This document shows positions 30,292-41,197 of a DNA stretch of 64,000 nt, piece by piece; within the stretch, counting starts at the first letter, position 1; every line of letters starts with the position of its first letter. The notes under the pieces were generated by a model. That model worked only from the letters and a program-made list of their open reading frames with translations, was not told the origin of the DNA and searched no databases. The DNA lies in assembly GCA_965232235.1 (NCBI GenBank), contig OZ246960.1:871058-935057 (forward strand), written 5' to 3'. A program made the translations under genes and the position numbers. The DNA is from Candidatus Poribacteria bacterium (GTDB lineage Bacteria; Poribacteria; WGA-4E; JAJDTR01).

Positions 30292-31260
30292 TCAGGCCTC
30301 AGAGGCTTGTTGCTTTGCCCTTCGCTTGGCGGCGAAACGCTTGATGAACTCGTCGACCGTGACGCCGATCAGAATCACGCTACCGATCACCGTGAACTCG
30401 GACTCGGTGGCAACGTTTAGGAAAAACACCGCGTTCTTTATCACTTCGACCATCGCCGCCCCGCAGATGATGCCGCCGATAGTTCCCTCGCCGCCGCGAA
30501 GGCTGCACCCTCCGAGCACCGCGCCCGCAATGGCGTACAACTCGTAAAAGTTTCCGAACGTCGAGGGTTGAACCGAGTTCTGATCCAGCGCGAACAGCAT
30601 CCCTCCAAACCCCGCCAGCACCGAGCAGATCATGTAGGCACAGATGACCATCCGATCCGTGTTGATTCCGCTGAAGCGTGCCGCCTTTTCGTTTCGACCA
30701 AGCGCCAACAGGTAACGTCCGTATACCGTTTTGTTGAGAAAGAGCGCAGCGATGCCCCCGAGCAGCAGAACAATCACGAACGGCATCGGGATGACGTCAA
30801 ACACCCGGTACTTCACGATGAGGCGCAATCCCTGAAAATCGTTGCCGAAACCTTGGTTAATCTCACCCGTGATGTACCGGGCGACGCCGCGGTAGATGAA
30901 CAGCCCGCAGAGCGTGACGATGAAGGGTTGCAACTTGAGCTTGGTGATTAACAGCCCGTGCGCGAAGCCGATTGTCAACGCTAGAAAGATGACCAGAGCG
31001 AAACCGACGCCGACGGGCAGCCCTTTACCGACCAGAAAAAGCGGAAAGAGCGAACCGGACAGCCCGATCAGTGAGCCGATCGAGAGATCGATGCCGGAGG
31101 TGATAATTACAAACCCCGCCCCGATAGCCAGGATACCGTAGAGCCCCGTCCACCGCGCCATGTTCGTCAAGTTGCCGACTCCCAGAAAGAGCGGCTCGAT
31201 TATCCCGGTGATGAGGAAGATGACTGCCAAGAGCAGGAAAATTGCCAGCGTCTTTTTCAT
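30292..31260 (-). CDS. sugar ABC transporter permease (RbsC-like)
   Basis: 8-10 TM helices; family-typical blocks. Confidence 0.8.
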   Translation of the reverse strand: MKKTLAIFLLLAVIFLITGIIEPLFLGVGNLTNMARWTGLYGILAIGAGFVIITSGIDLSIGSLIGLSGSLFPLFLVGKGLPVGVGFALVIFLALTIGFAHGLLITKLKLQPFIVTLCGLFIYRGVARYITGEINQGFGNDFQGLRLIVKYRVFDVIPMPFVIVLLLGGIAALFLNKTVYGRYLLALGRNEKAARFSGINTDRMVICAYMICSVLAGFGGMLFALDQNSVQPSTFGNFYELYAIAGAVLGGCSLRGGEGTIGGIICGAAMVEVIKNAVFFLNVATESEFTVIGSVILIGVTVDEFIKRFAAKRRAKQQASEA

Positions 31261-31364
31261 GAATCTTAACCGTTATGCACTTCGGTTTGTAGAAGTTTGG
31301 TTCATCCAGGGTTGGGGATTGCGTTCACGGTCTAAAGACAACCTGCTATAGTATTTCAATGGGG

Positions 31365-31760
31365 ATTCTATCGCACCTGAGATTACTCGCTTGATTCCAC
31401 CCCACAACTATCCGGCCGGTTGATGTACGGCTGATTCATGCTTACGGAGTATTGGGGCATACCCCACATAGCGCTCCTCTGGAGCGCGGGGTTTTGGTCA
31501 TCGCTATTCTATTGACATTGCGCTCCTCTGGAGCGCGGAAATGGGACTAATACCATTTCGCTTGAATAACAGTGCATATAGAGCCTGTTTGAATACTCGA
31601 TAGCCAAGCAATTTTGGTCATTTATAGGAAGTTTTTTCGCGTTTTTATATTTGTCTGTCGCGTATCTGTCGCCCCGCTGGGGCTTAGGTGCATGGGGCTT
31701 TGGCGTTTCTATATACCTTCCGCCCACTGGGGCTTTTAAAGGCTGGTGCGCAGTGCGCAC
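31365..31760. repeat. intergenic repeat mosaic: R1 copy, ttctattgacat module flanked by gcgctcctctggagcgc hairpins, gccccgctggggc hairpins, REP gtagggtgcgcactgcgcacc
   Basis: Seen directly. Confidence 0.6.
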
Positions 31761-31942
31761 CCTACAAATGTACTTTTTAAACAGGTTCTATAGTGTTTTC
31801 CTTATACTATTATGAAATGCCCCATACCAACTGTTGCGCTTCACACCAAACCCCGTAGTCGGGAATCAAACTAACGAATAGTGAGTGCGATAGAGATTCC
31901 CTTGCCCCGCTTTGGAAAGACTTGATTGACGCGATTAATACA

Positions 31943-33484
31943 CTACCAATTTTCGGCTGACCCAGTTGCCAGTCCCATGACCGCCTCTTCACTGAGCATA
32001 TCGCGCCCGAGTTCACCCGCCAGCGCTCCATCGTGCATGACCAACACACGATCCGAAATCCGAAGAATCTCCTCAAGGTCACTGGAAATTGCCAAGATAG
32101 CTACACCCTGACCTGCCAGGTCTTCGATCAACTGGTAAATCTCGCTCTTGGAGCCGACATCAATACCCCTGGTAGGCTCGTCTAGGAGGAGGACTTTCGG
32201 TTTGAGGGAGATCCACTTGGCGAGCACCACTTTCTGTTGATTGCCGCCGGAGAGCAGCCCGACCTCGTTTTCGATGGAAGTTGTCTTCACATTGAACTCG
32301 TCCACCGCATCCGCCGCAAGGTCGGCGACCTCCTTCTGGCGCACGAACTTTCCTGTCTGATAGCGGTCTAGCGCGGACAACGAGATATTGTCGCGGACGG
32401 CTAACTCCGTAATCAGCCCGTAATCGCGGCGATCCTCAGGTACGAGCGCGATGCCCGCGTTGATTGCGTCGCGGGGGTTGTTGATTTCTACAATCTCTCC
32501 GTCTACCGCAATCGTCCCGGAGACAGCGCCGTCGACGCCGAAGATTGCCTGCGCCAACTCCGTCCGCCCCGCTCCCACGAGACCCGCCATGCCAACCACT
32601 TCGCCGGCGTGGAGCGTGAAATTGATGGGGCGATCCGTATGCCCGGGCACCACCAAATCGGCGACCTCAAGCACCGGCGCACCTCTCTGATGTTCTTCAT
32701 GTTGATAGAATTGCGTCAGCGATCTTCCCACCATCAGCGATACCATGCGCTCATGGTCAATCTCGCGGCGCTCCAACTCGCCGCTATTTTCACCGTCTCT
32801 GAGAACAATGACCCGGTCGGCTATCTGACCGACTTCCATCAGGCGATGGGAGATGTAGACGATACAGACGCCCCGGGATTTCAGACTTCGGATAAGATTG
32901 AAGAGGCGGTCCGTTTCGTGTTGAGTCAGGCTGCTCGTCGGCTCATCCATGATGATCATCCGGGCGTTCTGGGACAATGCCTTGGCGATCTCCACCATCT
33001 GCTGGTGCCCGATGGAAAGCTCACGGACGGTTGTCTCGGGATTGCAGTCCATCTCAAGTTGATCTAGGATATCGCGGGTGTCCCGGCGAATCGCTTTCTG
33101 GTCGATGATACCGATTCCCCCGAACTTGCGCGGCTCCCGTCCGAGGTAGATATTCGCCCCTACGCTCAAATTGTCCGAGAGATTGAGCTCTTGATGAATA
33201 AATGCGATTCCCAGCTCTGTTGCTTTGGAGACTGTCGTGATGGTCACCGGTTGCCCTTCAAGCGTGATGCTTCCCGCGTCGGGCGGATGGACGCCGGCGA
33301 TGACCTTCATCAACGTGCTTTTGCCCGCGCCGTTTTCCCCGATGACCGCAACGACCTCTCCGGCGTGAAAGACGGCATTCACGTGGTTCAGCGCGTGCAC
33401 CCCCGGGAAGCGTTTGTGTATTCCAGTCGCCTCCAGGAAGGGGTTTGCATCAGTGTTCGGCATAGTATTTCCGGGATTTGTCAT
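31943..33484 (-). CDS. sugar ABC transporter ATP-binding protein (duplicated NBD, RbsA/MglA-like)
   Basis: Two Walker A motifs (GENGAGKST, GLVGAGRTE), signature LSGGNQQK, Walker B. Confidence 0.85.
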   Translation of the reverse strand: MTNPGNTMPNTDANPFLEATGIHKRFPGVHALNHVNAVFHAGEVVAVIGENGAGKSTLMKVIAGVHPPDAGSITLEGQPVTITTVSKATELGIAFIHQELNLSDNLSVGANIYLGREPRKFGGIGIIDQKAIRRDTRDILDQLEMDCNPETTVRELSIGHQQMVEIAKALSQNARMIIMDEPTSSLTQHETDRLFNLIRSLKSRGVCIVYISHRLMEVGQIADRVIVLRDGENSGELERREIDHERMVSLMVGRSLTQFYQHEEHQRGAPVLEVADLVVPGHTDRPINFTLHAGEVVGMAGLVGAGRTELAQAIFGVDGAVSGTIAVDGEIVEINNPRDAINAGIALVPEDRRDYGLITELAVRDNISLSALDRYQTGKFVRQKEVADLAADAVDEFNVKTTSIENEVGLLSGGNQQKVVLAKWISLKPKVLLLDEPTRGIDVGSKSEIYQLIEDLAGQGVAILAISSDLEEILRISDRVLVMHDGALAGELGRDMLSEEAVMGLATGSAENW

Positions 33485-33594
33485 TTCACGGTAGAAGGTA
33501 TGAGGTAGGCGGGTATATTACGAATCTTTAGAGATAGAAACCGAGTTTTTTCTTCAAAACTCGGTTTCTCTAAATGAATTGCGCAACTCCTGAT

Positions 33595-34629
33595 TTATTC
33601 CGGCATCGGCTTGTTCATTAACTCGTCAATCACGCCCTGCCGCCGCTGCTGCGCATTCAGCACATCCAATTTCCCGACAAAAATCATCAGTTTGCCGCCG
33701 TCTGGCAGCGCCTCTTTGACCAACTTGCCAACCTGCCGCCCGCCGAGATAGTTATTCGTTCCGAGATAGAACAGGCGGTTGCTGTCGGGCGCGTCGCTGT
33801 CGTGGCACAGGAGGTCGACCTTCTCGGCTACCTTATTGAGAAGTTGCGTCTGATTCTTCGGATCAAGCGGGCTCACGGCAATCCCCTTAATTTCGTCTTT
33901 CTGGATAAGGGTTTCTAGGATCCGATTCTGTTCCGCCGATGAACCGTCGTGGGGAATCTTGAAATCGCAGAGCACGCCGAAATCCTGTTCCGCTTTATAG
34001 CAGCCGGCTCTGGCATAATTCCAGAACTCGTTGGGGACATTCACCACGAAAGCGAAATGATGCCCGCCCATGGGCTTTTCCGCGGCTTTCGCGGTTTCAC
34101 CCATCGCACTGAGTTCCTTGAGGTTCGCCCAAAATTCATCGACGTTGTCCTTCTTAATCACCTTGGTCGGGATGTCCAGCGTTTTGTTCGGCGGAATCAC
34201 GGAGGTGTCGCCCTCCGCCAGCGCGTTTAGGTATTTCATCGACTGGTAGCCGAATTCGTATGGCTGCTGCACGACGGTGCCGTGCACATGGCCGTCCTTG
34301 ATTCCCTGCAACGTCGAGCTATCTTCGTCGAACGAGATTAACTTCACCTTCCCCTCCACCCGTGCGTCCTTCACCGCTTCGAGGCATTGAGGGGTATTGT
34401 ACGCCCAAAGCCCGACCATGGCGTCGATGTCGGGATATTTCTTCAGGGTGTTTTCGGCGTTCTTCTTTGCCGCCGCCGAATCGCCCTGATCCGTCCGCGT
34501 GTCGAGAATGATATAGTTCCCAGCCACGATGGCGCTTGCCGGGAGATCGCTGCCCTTCTCACAGCCGCTCGCCGTGATAAGGAGCAACAAAATGAGTAGC
34601 AGTGGGATTACCGAGATTTGCCGTATCAT
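33595..34629 (-). CDS. periplasmic sugar-binding lipoprotein (LacI/RbsB-type binding fold)
   Basis: Lipobox LITASGC; family-typical size and blocks. Confidence 0.7.
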   Translation of the reverse strand: MIRQISVIPLLLILLLLITASGCEKGSDLPASAIVAGNYIILDTRTDQGDSAAAKKNAENTLKKYPDIDAMVGLWAYNTPQCLEAVKDARVEGKVKLISFDEDSSTLQGIKDGHVHGTVVQQPYEFGYQSMKYLNALAEGDTSVIPPNKTLDIPTKVIKKDNVDEFWANLKELSAMGETAKAAEKPMGGHHFAFVVNVPNEFWNYARAGCYKAEQDFGVLCDFKIPHDGSSAEQNRILETLIQKDEIKGIAVSPLDPKNQTQLLNKVAEKVDLLCHDSDAPDSNRLFYLGTNNYLGGRQVGKLVKEALPDGGKLMIFVGKLDVLNAQQRRQGVIDELMNKPMPE

Positions 34630-35019
34630 GTGAGCTCCTTTGATTGTTGGACCGTTATTCCGTCATGTGAATCACGAAGGTCGTTTGACGACATTTTAGC
34701 AGAAGCGGGAACTTTGAGCAACTTCAAAGCGACTGCCGCGGATGCCCAACACCCCTGAAATCGCCGAGTCGTCACATTTTTAGGTTTACATCACACATCA
34801 GATTCTGTTGCAAGTGGTTTGGCGATGCGTGCGCAGGTAGAAGTGTCGGTTGGGTTGTGCCGGCAAGGGAGTGGATAACGAGAGACCAGATGAGTTTGAA
34901 GTTTAGGACCACGTCCTTGTGAACGAGATTGCGACGAATCGTGGCACGGTTGAAGAAAGGAAATCAATCAGGGCAAGATGCCCCTCCTACATGTGGGAAA
35001 TAGGGAATGGCGGGCAGAA

Positions 35020-35130
35020 GATCTTTATCGCGCTCCTTATCCAGTCGCTTGATCCTACGAACGGAGTGGGGAATCGCGATTCGGCGATCGCTCCTACAGA
35101 AGGATGGCCCAGGTTCTTTATCGCGCGAGA
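35020..35130 (+). repeat. R1-family repeats at the left border of the lower-GC island
   Basis: gatctttatcgcgctccttatccagtcgcttgatcc. Confidence 0.5.
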
Positions 35131-35463
35131 CCAAAGTTGCCTGTGGCTGGAGGCGGGAACCGCGCCCCTACGGGAATTGGGGGAGGCAAGATACTCCAAT
35201 GTAACCGGGAATGAGTATGCCTGAGCACACTAAGGTAAATTGTTGTCCACCAACCTTGCTTGCTCAATGACTTGGCAGCAGACCCAGCAGAGAATTAGCG
35301 ATGTAGCCGAATATGGAATGCAAGTTGAGGTGTCGTGTATGTTAACTGCTAGAGTTAGTTAGAGGACGGAGCCGCGCGCACTCACACTGTAATTGATTGT
35401 GAAATCGGCAACGAAGTTAGACGTTTCGTTCCTTGCATTATCCCCGTATGTTCTGAAGGAAAG

Positions 35464-36261
35464 TTATTTGCTCACCGCGCGAACTATGCTGAAAAAACCG
35501 ATAATTAAAACGAAAGCGATGAGTATATTACCGTCCGGTTCGCGCTTTTTCGGTTTGGAGGGAGGTGGACGGGTGAACATGATTTTATTATCGATACTGC
35601 CGCCTTCCAGTATCACCCGTATGCTGTCTGTCGTCCCGGGGTAATATTGTGTCCATTGTGTGGATATGCCTGCTGGTAGGGAAGTCGGGGCGAAACTCTC
35701 GTAATATAAATTGTAAGGTAAGGCCTCCTTGTCGTGAAATTCGGTAATGATGGCAGCTTGTTCATAGGCACGATAAATACTAACAACCGCGTCAAAAATG
35801 CTGTCCACCAGTGTATCTCCATGCGAGGACGGATAAGAGGTGTTCAATCGGGCAATTTGCGCCGCCTCTCGCCAATTCCCGCCGTACAATTTATACATTA
35901 CATGATCAAGTGGTAGTGGTTTCACGATAGAATTCCTAGCATCAATGACCTGTAGCGGGTTGAACTCTAATAGGTAAGTGTTCGGATTGTTATTGCGACA
36001 AGAGACGCTAATGCCAATAAAGCTATTAGTGGAGTTCTCAAGTTGACGGAATTGCGTACAAATCATTTCGAACGTTAGTCCTTCGTTCTCTAACTTGCCA
36101 ATTTCGACCGTTGCACCGTGGATTTCCTGCGGTGTGTGCCACAGATGGGATTGCCATTGACGCGCATAAGGGGTAGTGCAACCCATTGTCAGGGTCACTA
36201 GAGTTAGAATGAGTAAGGCTTTCAATTCATGGGTCTCCTTTCGCCGGAAGCCAACAATCAT
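35464..36261 (-). CDS. hypothetical lipoprotein with a C-terminal hydrophobic anchor (island gene 4)
   Basis: Internal Met start gives MIVGFRRKETHELKALLILTLVTLTMGC; C-terminal ILIAFVLIIGFFSIV. Confidence 0.35.
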   Translation of the reverse strand: MIVGFRRKETHELKALLILTLVTLTMGCTTPYARQWQSHLWHTPQEIHGATVEIGKLENEGLTFEMICTQFRQLENSTNSFIGISVSCRNNNPNTYLLEFNPLQVIDARNSIVKPLPLDHVMYKLYGGNWREAAQIARLNTSYPSSHGDTLVDSIFDAVVSIYRAYEQAAIITEFHDKEALPYNLYYESFAPTSLPAGISTQWTQYYPGTTDSIRVILEGGSIDNKIMFTRPPPSKPKKREPDGNILIAFVLIIGFFSIVRAVSK

Positions 36262-36373
36262 CGGCAAATAGAAGCATTGTACCGAATAATTAATATGCCG
36301 GGACCAAACACGAGTTAAGGTGTCATACATGCCAGTCGTGGAAGAGCTAGTATTGGTGAAGTTGGGCATGGAA

Positions 36374-36871
36374 CTAATCGATTTCGAGCTCTATTGCGCG
36401 ACAGGTAAATGCGAAAGTACCAAAAACGTCATCGGCACGGCTTTTGCTGTTGGGATAGCCCAAAGCCACAATGCCGTGAGGGTATGGTGATTTCTGTACG
36501 CCAAATGCGACGTGGGCGGTGACACGAAAAGCATTTCGCTTGTCATCATACCATTTTACAACACTTGCGATCTTATGTAGGTCAATTTCAACATCGTCCA
36601 GGCTGTGCACAAACCTGTCGTTTACCGGACCATCGTTTAAGAGTTTTCGTTGCTGAATGTACGCAAATTCTTTGGTGCAAGGCCCTTTCAGAATGACGAC
36701 TTTTTCACGTTCATCTGCTAAACAGTTTAACGGCCCGCAATTATTCGGAAAATGTGCCAAGAGTTGATGACCGCTCTCATAGGGGTGGCATGTGATGCGT
36801 CGAATAAACCTAAGATTAATCAAAGCTTCGACGGGTATACAGGCAGCGCCGTTTGGAATTTTCAGGAACAT
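36374..36871 (-). CDS. hypothetical protein (165 aa, island gene 3)
   Basis: ORF track; lower GC. Confidence 0.35.
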   Translation of the reverse strand: MFLKIPNGAACIPVEALINLRFIRRITCHPYESGHQLLAHFPNNCGPLNCLADEREKVVILKGPCTKEFAYIQQRKLLNDGPVNDRFVHSLDDVEIDLHKIASVVKWYDDKRNAFRVTAHVAFGVQKSPYPHGIVALGYPNSKSRADDVFGTFAFTCRAIELEID

Positions 36872-37042
36872 AGAGGTGTAGCTCCGATTTGAGATTTAGG
36901 GGACAGTACGCGGCAGTTTCTCACAATGTAGTATATTTCCGATGGTCACTTTCCACGTCATCGTAACGCTTTGATACCGTGGTGGGCAATTTCTGCAATT
37001 CATCGGGTTTGAGAATGAAGATTGTAGCTACTGTCAACTTCG

Positions 37043-38212
37043 TCAACGCAGGCTCATAAGCTGGTATTTCGGCTTGGTGATTTCATCTGTGGTCTCATGT
37101 CTTTCGGTAATCTCTTGAATTCTTGCCGTGTACTCGGCGCTCATTCTTGCCGTGCTAATGGCCTCAATGGCTTCGTCAGCAATGGAGCCAGAATAGACTT
37201 TGCCATTAGCATCAATTTCGAATCTTTTGGATTTCAGAGACGCGCCTATTAGCGTACCGGTAATGGTAACCGTTGACGGATCTTCTTCTTGAAATCTCTG
37301 CAGAATTTCAATTACCTCCTGCATCTGCGTTTTGGACAGGTACGCGGCTCCGCCTCGTTCAGGATGTGGTGAGGTCCATGTGAGATTGGTGTCGCTTACG
37401 GATTCGGTGAGCGATTTTAGGAGTTTGGTATAGTTCTCTGCAACTCTTGTTCTGAGATGTCCAAGGAGTTTTTTGAGTTTGTCTTGGTCATTTCCGGCAT
37501 TGAGAAGTTCCAAGAATTTTTCGATCGCATCTCCGAAATCAGAATTACTGAAAAGGTCAACGTTTTCTGTGGACGCTAGTCGAATATCGAATGATCCTGC
37601 CCCAATTCCTATTAGTGAAATTTGCATCCTACGTCTGAGGTCCTCTGTGACTTGATTTAAGTTAAAGCATATCATTCCGACTGTGTTAATGACGTCTTGA
37701 AGTGTTCCAAGAATCTGGCTTAGGGCAGTGGCAGGTGCTTCTGTACCGAAGACGCCCTCAAAATTGAGAGTTAAATGCAGAATTTCTTGCCTTCTGGATT
37801 TCGCTATATTTTCGGGACTACTCAGCACCGGGAGCGTATTGGTTTTAATATTGAGACGTTCACCGGGGATTGGGAGCATGTCTTCAGAGATTTGATCGGG
37901 CAGGATGGAGTCGAATTCGATTTCGGTCTGACTGTCGTACGGAACTATTGCCTGGACCAAATAGCCATTCTCTGGATCAGCGAATGCGTGATGCAGGTCA
38001 ATTGCTCCGGCTCGAATGCAATTGAGACGTCCCTCGGAGACCGCACCGTACAGCCATGTCTCATTTTGCTCGTTTTCATCGGCGGCTACAACCAGGTAGA
38101 GATGTCCAGCAGCGTTCCTACAGGAAAAGAGGACTGGCTGATCGTAGTATTCGAAGGTTTCTAAAATTTCGAGTCTACCCAACACGCGGTTATTGAGTAA
38201 GTCATCCATCAT
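37043..38212 (-). CDS. hypothetical protein (389 aa, island gene 2)
   Basis: ORF track; lower GC. Confidence 0.4.
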   Translation of the reverse strand: MMDDLLNNRVLGRLEILETFEYYDQPVLFSCRNAAGHLYLVVAADENEQNETWLYGAVSEGRLNCIRAGAIDLHHAFADPENGYLVQAIVPYDSQTEIEFDSILPDQISEDMLPIPGERLNIKTNTLPVLSSPENIAKSRRQEILHLTLNFEGVFGTEAPATALSQILGTLQDVINTVGMICFNLNQVTEDLRRRMQISLIGIGAGSFDIRLASTENVDLFSNSDFGDAIEKFLELLNAGNDQDKLKKLLGHLRTRVAENYTKLLKSLTESVSDTNLTWTSPHPERGGAAYLSKTQMQEVIEILQRFQEEDPSTVTITGTLIGASLKSKRFEIDANGKVYSGSIADEAIEAISTARMSAEYTARIQEITERHETTDEITKPKYQLMSLR

Positions 38213-38242
38213 ATACCTCTGTGTTATTCGACTGTTCGCTAT

Positions 38243-38662
38243 CTAACTGTTGATAACGTTAAAAACAGTCCAAGGCTTTCCTTCAACGGGTACCCACCAA
38301 GTATGATGTGATTCCTCTTTTGACGGTGTGTGTTGAATCATGCCAAACGTTGGATTTAGACTACCTTTTGCAATCTGTCTGTTTTTGAATTTTCTGGACC
38401 GCTTCTTAAGTCGTTCCCGTAGTCGCTCGCTGTCTGATATGTCTCTATGGACGGAGAGTCCATAGATCTTGAGAGTTTTCTTTTTTATGGCTCCTCGTGG
38501 GTTTTCTTCAAAGACTGATTTGAAATCTTCTGCCCGTGCCGGGTCGTGTTTCACGAGGCGGTACACTTTTCCGGAAGCAGGTTCGGCTTCCGCTGGAGGA
38601 CAGTTTTCTGGAAAAAAATCTGGCCATGTCAACTTCGTAAGGCTGTCGCCCTCGTTATTCAC
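38243..38662 (-). CDS. hypothetical protein (139 aa, island gene 1)
   Basis: ORF track; basic C-terminal half. Confidence 0.35.
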   Translation of the reverse strand: MNNEGDSLTKLTWPDFFPENCPPAEAEPASGKVYRLVKHDPARAEDFKSVFEENPRGAIKKKTLKIYGLSVHRDISDSERLRERLKKRSRKFKNRQIAKGSLNPTFGMIQHTPSKEESHHTWWVPVEGKPWTVFNVINS

Positions 38663-39089
38663 TCGGTTGATCCTTTCATTTTATAGGTGATTGACTACCG
38701 AGTGTCGTCCTATCAGCCTTTTTGAACACTTCGGCAAATATACTATACATATATTAAGTTGTCAAGTCTATATTGGTGTGCGGATATAGACTCTGTAATT
38801 GGTACAGTTTTGGAGAGGGCACACATCACTGGGTGGCGTAACGCATCCTGTCGCTCAAATAACGTGCATAGTGTGCCAGAATGTCGAAGGTGCTGTCAAT
38901 GAAAAATGCCGTCACTGTCTACCCAATGCTTGTCGAATAGGCGCGTCTGTTGTAGCGCAGTCGGATTCGGAACGCCCGCGGTCTAGAGAGCCGAGTTTGA
39001 GCAGTTCTGCGGGAACAGAGCGGGACGTTTTCGGGGCGGGGCAAGATGCCCCTCCTACATGTGGGAAACAAGCCATGGTGGGCAGAAAA

Positions 39090-39270
39090 TCGCTATCGCG
39101 CTCATTATCCATTCGCTTGATCTCCGTCTGGAGTGGGGAGTCGCGATTCGGAGCGGATCTCTATCGCAGGATTTACTATCGCCCGGGATCAACTATCGGG
39201 ATTCACTATCGCGCTCATTATCCATTCGCTTGATCGTACGTTATTCACTCACTTGATTCTTATCAGCCGG
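39090..39270 (+). repeat. cluster of R1-family repeats
   Basis: At least four consecutive tatcgc..ttgatc units. Confidence 0.6.
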
Positions 39271-39479
39271 TTGATCGATTCATTGATCAGTGCGCGCCCT
39301 AGACTTTTGAAACGCTGTTGGTATTTCATTTGAAACACGGTTACATTTGTGGTATGCTTTTGACGAATAGCGAGGCGCGCTTTGAACGCTTTGCGGAAGG
39401 AATCCGTAGCTCACAACGGCACCGTCAATAGCATCCCGTCCCCTCTTTGGAGTAATCTTACCTCAACCTTGAATACGCC

Positions 39480-40112
39480 ATGCGGCTTGAAGTCGGTATC
39501 ATCGCGCTTGTTGCCGAAGTGTTGGGCGTTCCCGCCGATCGCAATGCACAATTCGATTGGCTGACGAACAAGCCGACAGCGGAGCATTTTGGAGAGCATT
39601 ACTCGAAAATTCTTCAACTCTTCGAGGAATTGGGCGGCGATAAGGACGGACTGATCGGGAAGGCGGACGGCTACTTGACTCCGGACGCCTATTTCGCGGA
39701 GCCTTATAACTTTATCTTTGAGTTTGACGAACTGCAGCACTTCACCGTCCCTCGGCAGAAAACGTTGGCGCTGTATCCGGCGGAGGTGTCGTTGGCGTAT
39801 GACCGGGGACAATACCTTCGGTTCTGCGCGGAATACCACGAGGCGGCGGTTCGGAAGGGAACGGATCGATTTCGGCGCAAAACCGCTGATTTCCCTTTCG
39901 TAAATGGACGCGCCGCGCAGCGCGCTTTCTTCGACACGTTTCGAGATTGGCTGCCGCCGCTGCACGGGCTTAGTCCGACGCTGCGCATCGCCGAGTTTGA
40001 AGTTGCCAAAGTCCTTCGCGGGGAGCTCACGGGCAAAGCCGCAAGGGAGTACGTCGCCGCATTACTGGAACCGCGGCTGGGGACGAGGTTTGAGCATACT
40101 TTTTCAAATTAG
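39480..40112 (+). CDS. hypothetical protein (210 aa)
   Basis: ORF track; FEFDELQH could be a PD-(D/E)xK-like motif, which is speculative. Confidence 0.3.
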   Translation: MRLEVGIIALVAEVLGVPADRNAQFDWLTNKPTAEHFGEHYSKILQLFEELGGDKDGLIGKADGYLTPDAYFAEPYNFIFEFDELQHFTVPRQKTLALYPAEVSLAYDRGQYLRFCAEYHEAAVRKGTDRFRRKTADFPFVNGRAAQRAFFDTFRDWLPPLHGLSPTLRIAEFEVAKVLRGELTGKAAREYVAALLEPRLGTRFEHTFSN

Positions 40113-40189
40113 GAACTTGTGCAACTGCACGGGGATTGTGCCTGTTATTTTGTATAGACTTCGTTTAGGAATGGACACCACACCGTATA

Positions 40190-41119
40190 ATGAGTAACCA
40201 AGCCGCGTACGACGCGGACCCTTCGACGTACCCCATCCTTCAACAGATTGGTAACACGCCTCTGGTCAAGATCAACATTTTTTCCGACGAATTTCCAGAG
40301 GTTGAAATCTACGCGAAAGCCGAGATGTACAACCCGGGCGGGTCGATCAAGGATCGTTCCGTACTGCGGATGTTGATAGAAGCTATCCGGACCGGGGAGC
40401 TGAATCGGGATAAAATAATTCTGGACTCAAGCTCGGGTAACGCCGGAATAGCGTATGCCATGATTGGCGCGGTGTTGGGGTACCGCGTGGAGCTTGTTAT
40501 CCCGGACAACGCGAGCGAGGAGCGAAAAAAACGCATCACGGCGCACGGCGCGGATATTGTGTACACGGACGCCATTCTCGGATATGACGAGGCGCTGCGC
40601 GAGGTCCACCGCCGCTTCGAGGCGTCGCCCGACAAATACTTCTTCGCCGACCAGTACACAAACGAGAACAACTGGCGTGCCCATTACGACACGACAGCCG
40701 TCGAAATCTTGGAACAGAGCCGCGGCGAACTAACGCATTTCGTCGGGGGCGTGGGAACGGGCGGCACCGTGACGGGAACCGGACGACGACTCAAAGAGTA
40801 CAATCCTGACATCCAAATCTGCTGCATCACTCCGGACGAGTTTCCGGGAATCGAAGGTCTCAAGCCGCTCGGCAATCCGGGGGACATCGTGCCGGAAATC
40901 CTTGACGAGAGCATTATTGATTGCAAGATCCCGGTCAACATCTATCAGGCGCACGGTATATGCAGCCGTCTGGCAAAACGCGGGTGGTTCGTCGGACAAT
41001 CGTCCGGGGGCTATCTGCAGGGCGCCTACGAGGTCGCCAAGCAGATCGGGAAGGGAACCATCGTGACGGTGTTCAATGATCTCGGGGAGCGCTATTTCAG
41101 CGCGCATCTATGGGATTGA
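40190..41119 (+). CDS. PLP-dependent cysteine synthase family enzyme (CysK/CysM/CBS-like)
   Basis: GSIKDR and SSGNAGIAYAMIGAVLGY motifs. Confidence 0.8.
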   Translation: MSNQAAYDADPSTYPILQQIGNTPLVKINIFSDEFPEVEIYAKAEMYNPGGSIKDRSVLRMLIEAIRTGELNRDKIILDSSSGNAGIAYAMIGAVLGYRVELVIPDNASEERKKRITAHGADIVYTDAILGYDEALREVHRRFEASPDKYFFADQYTNENNWRAHYDTTAVEILEQSRGELTHFVGGVGTGGTVTGTGRRLKEYNPDIQICCITPDEFPGIEGLKPLGNPGDIVPEILDESIIDCKIPVNIYQAHGICSRLAKRGWFVGQSSGGYLQGAYEVAKQIGKGTIVTVFNDLGERYFSAHLWD

Positions 41120-41197
41120 CCGTTCATTTATTTTGCGCCGCAAAGGATTACGCTGCGTCTGTTGAGATGATTCCTTCCAAACATCGGAGATGGTCGC

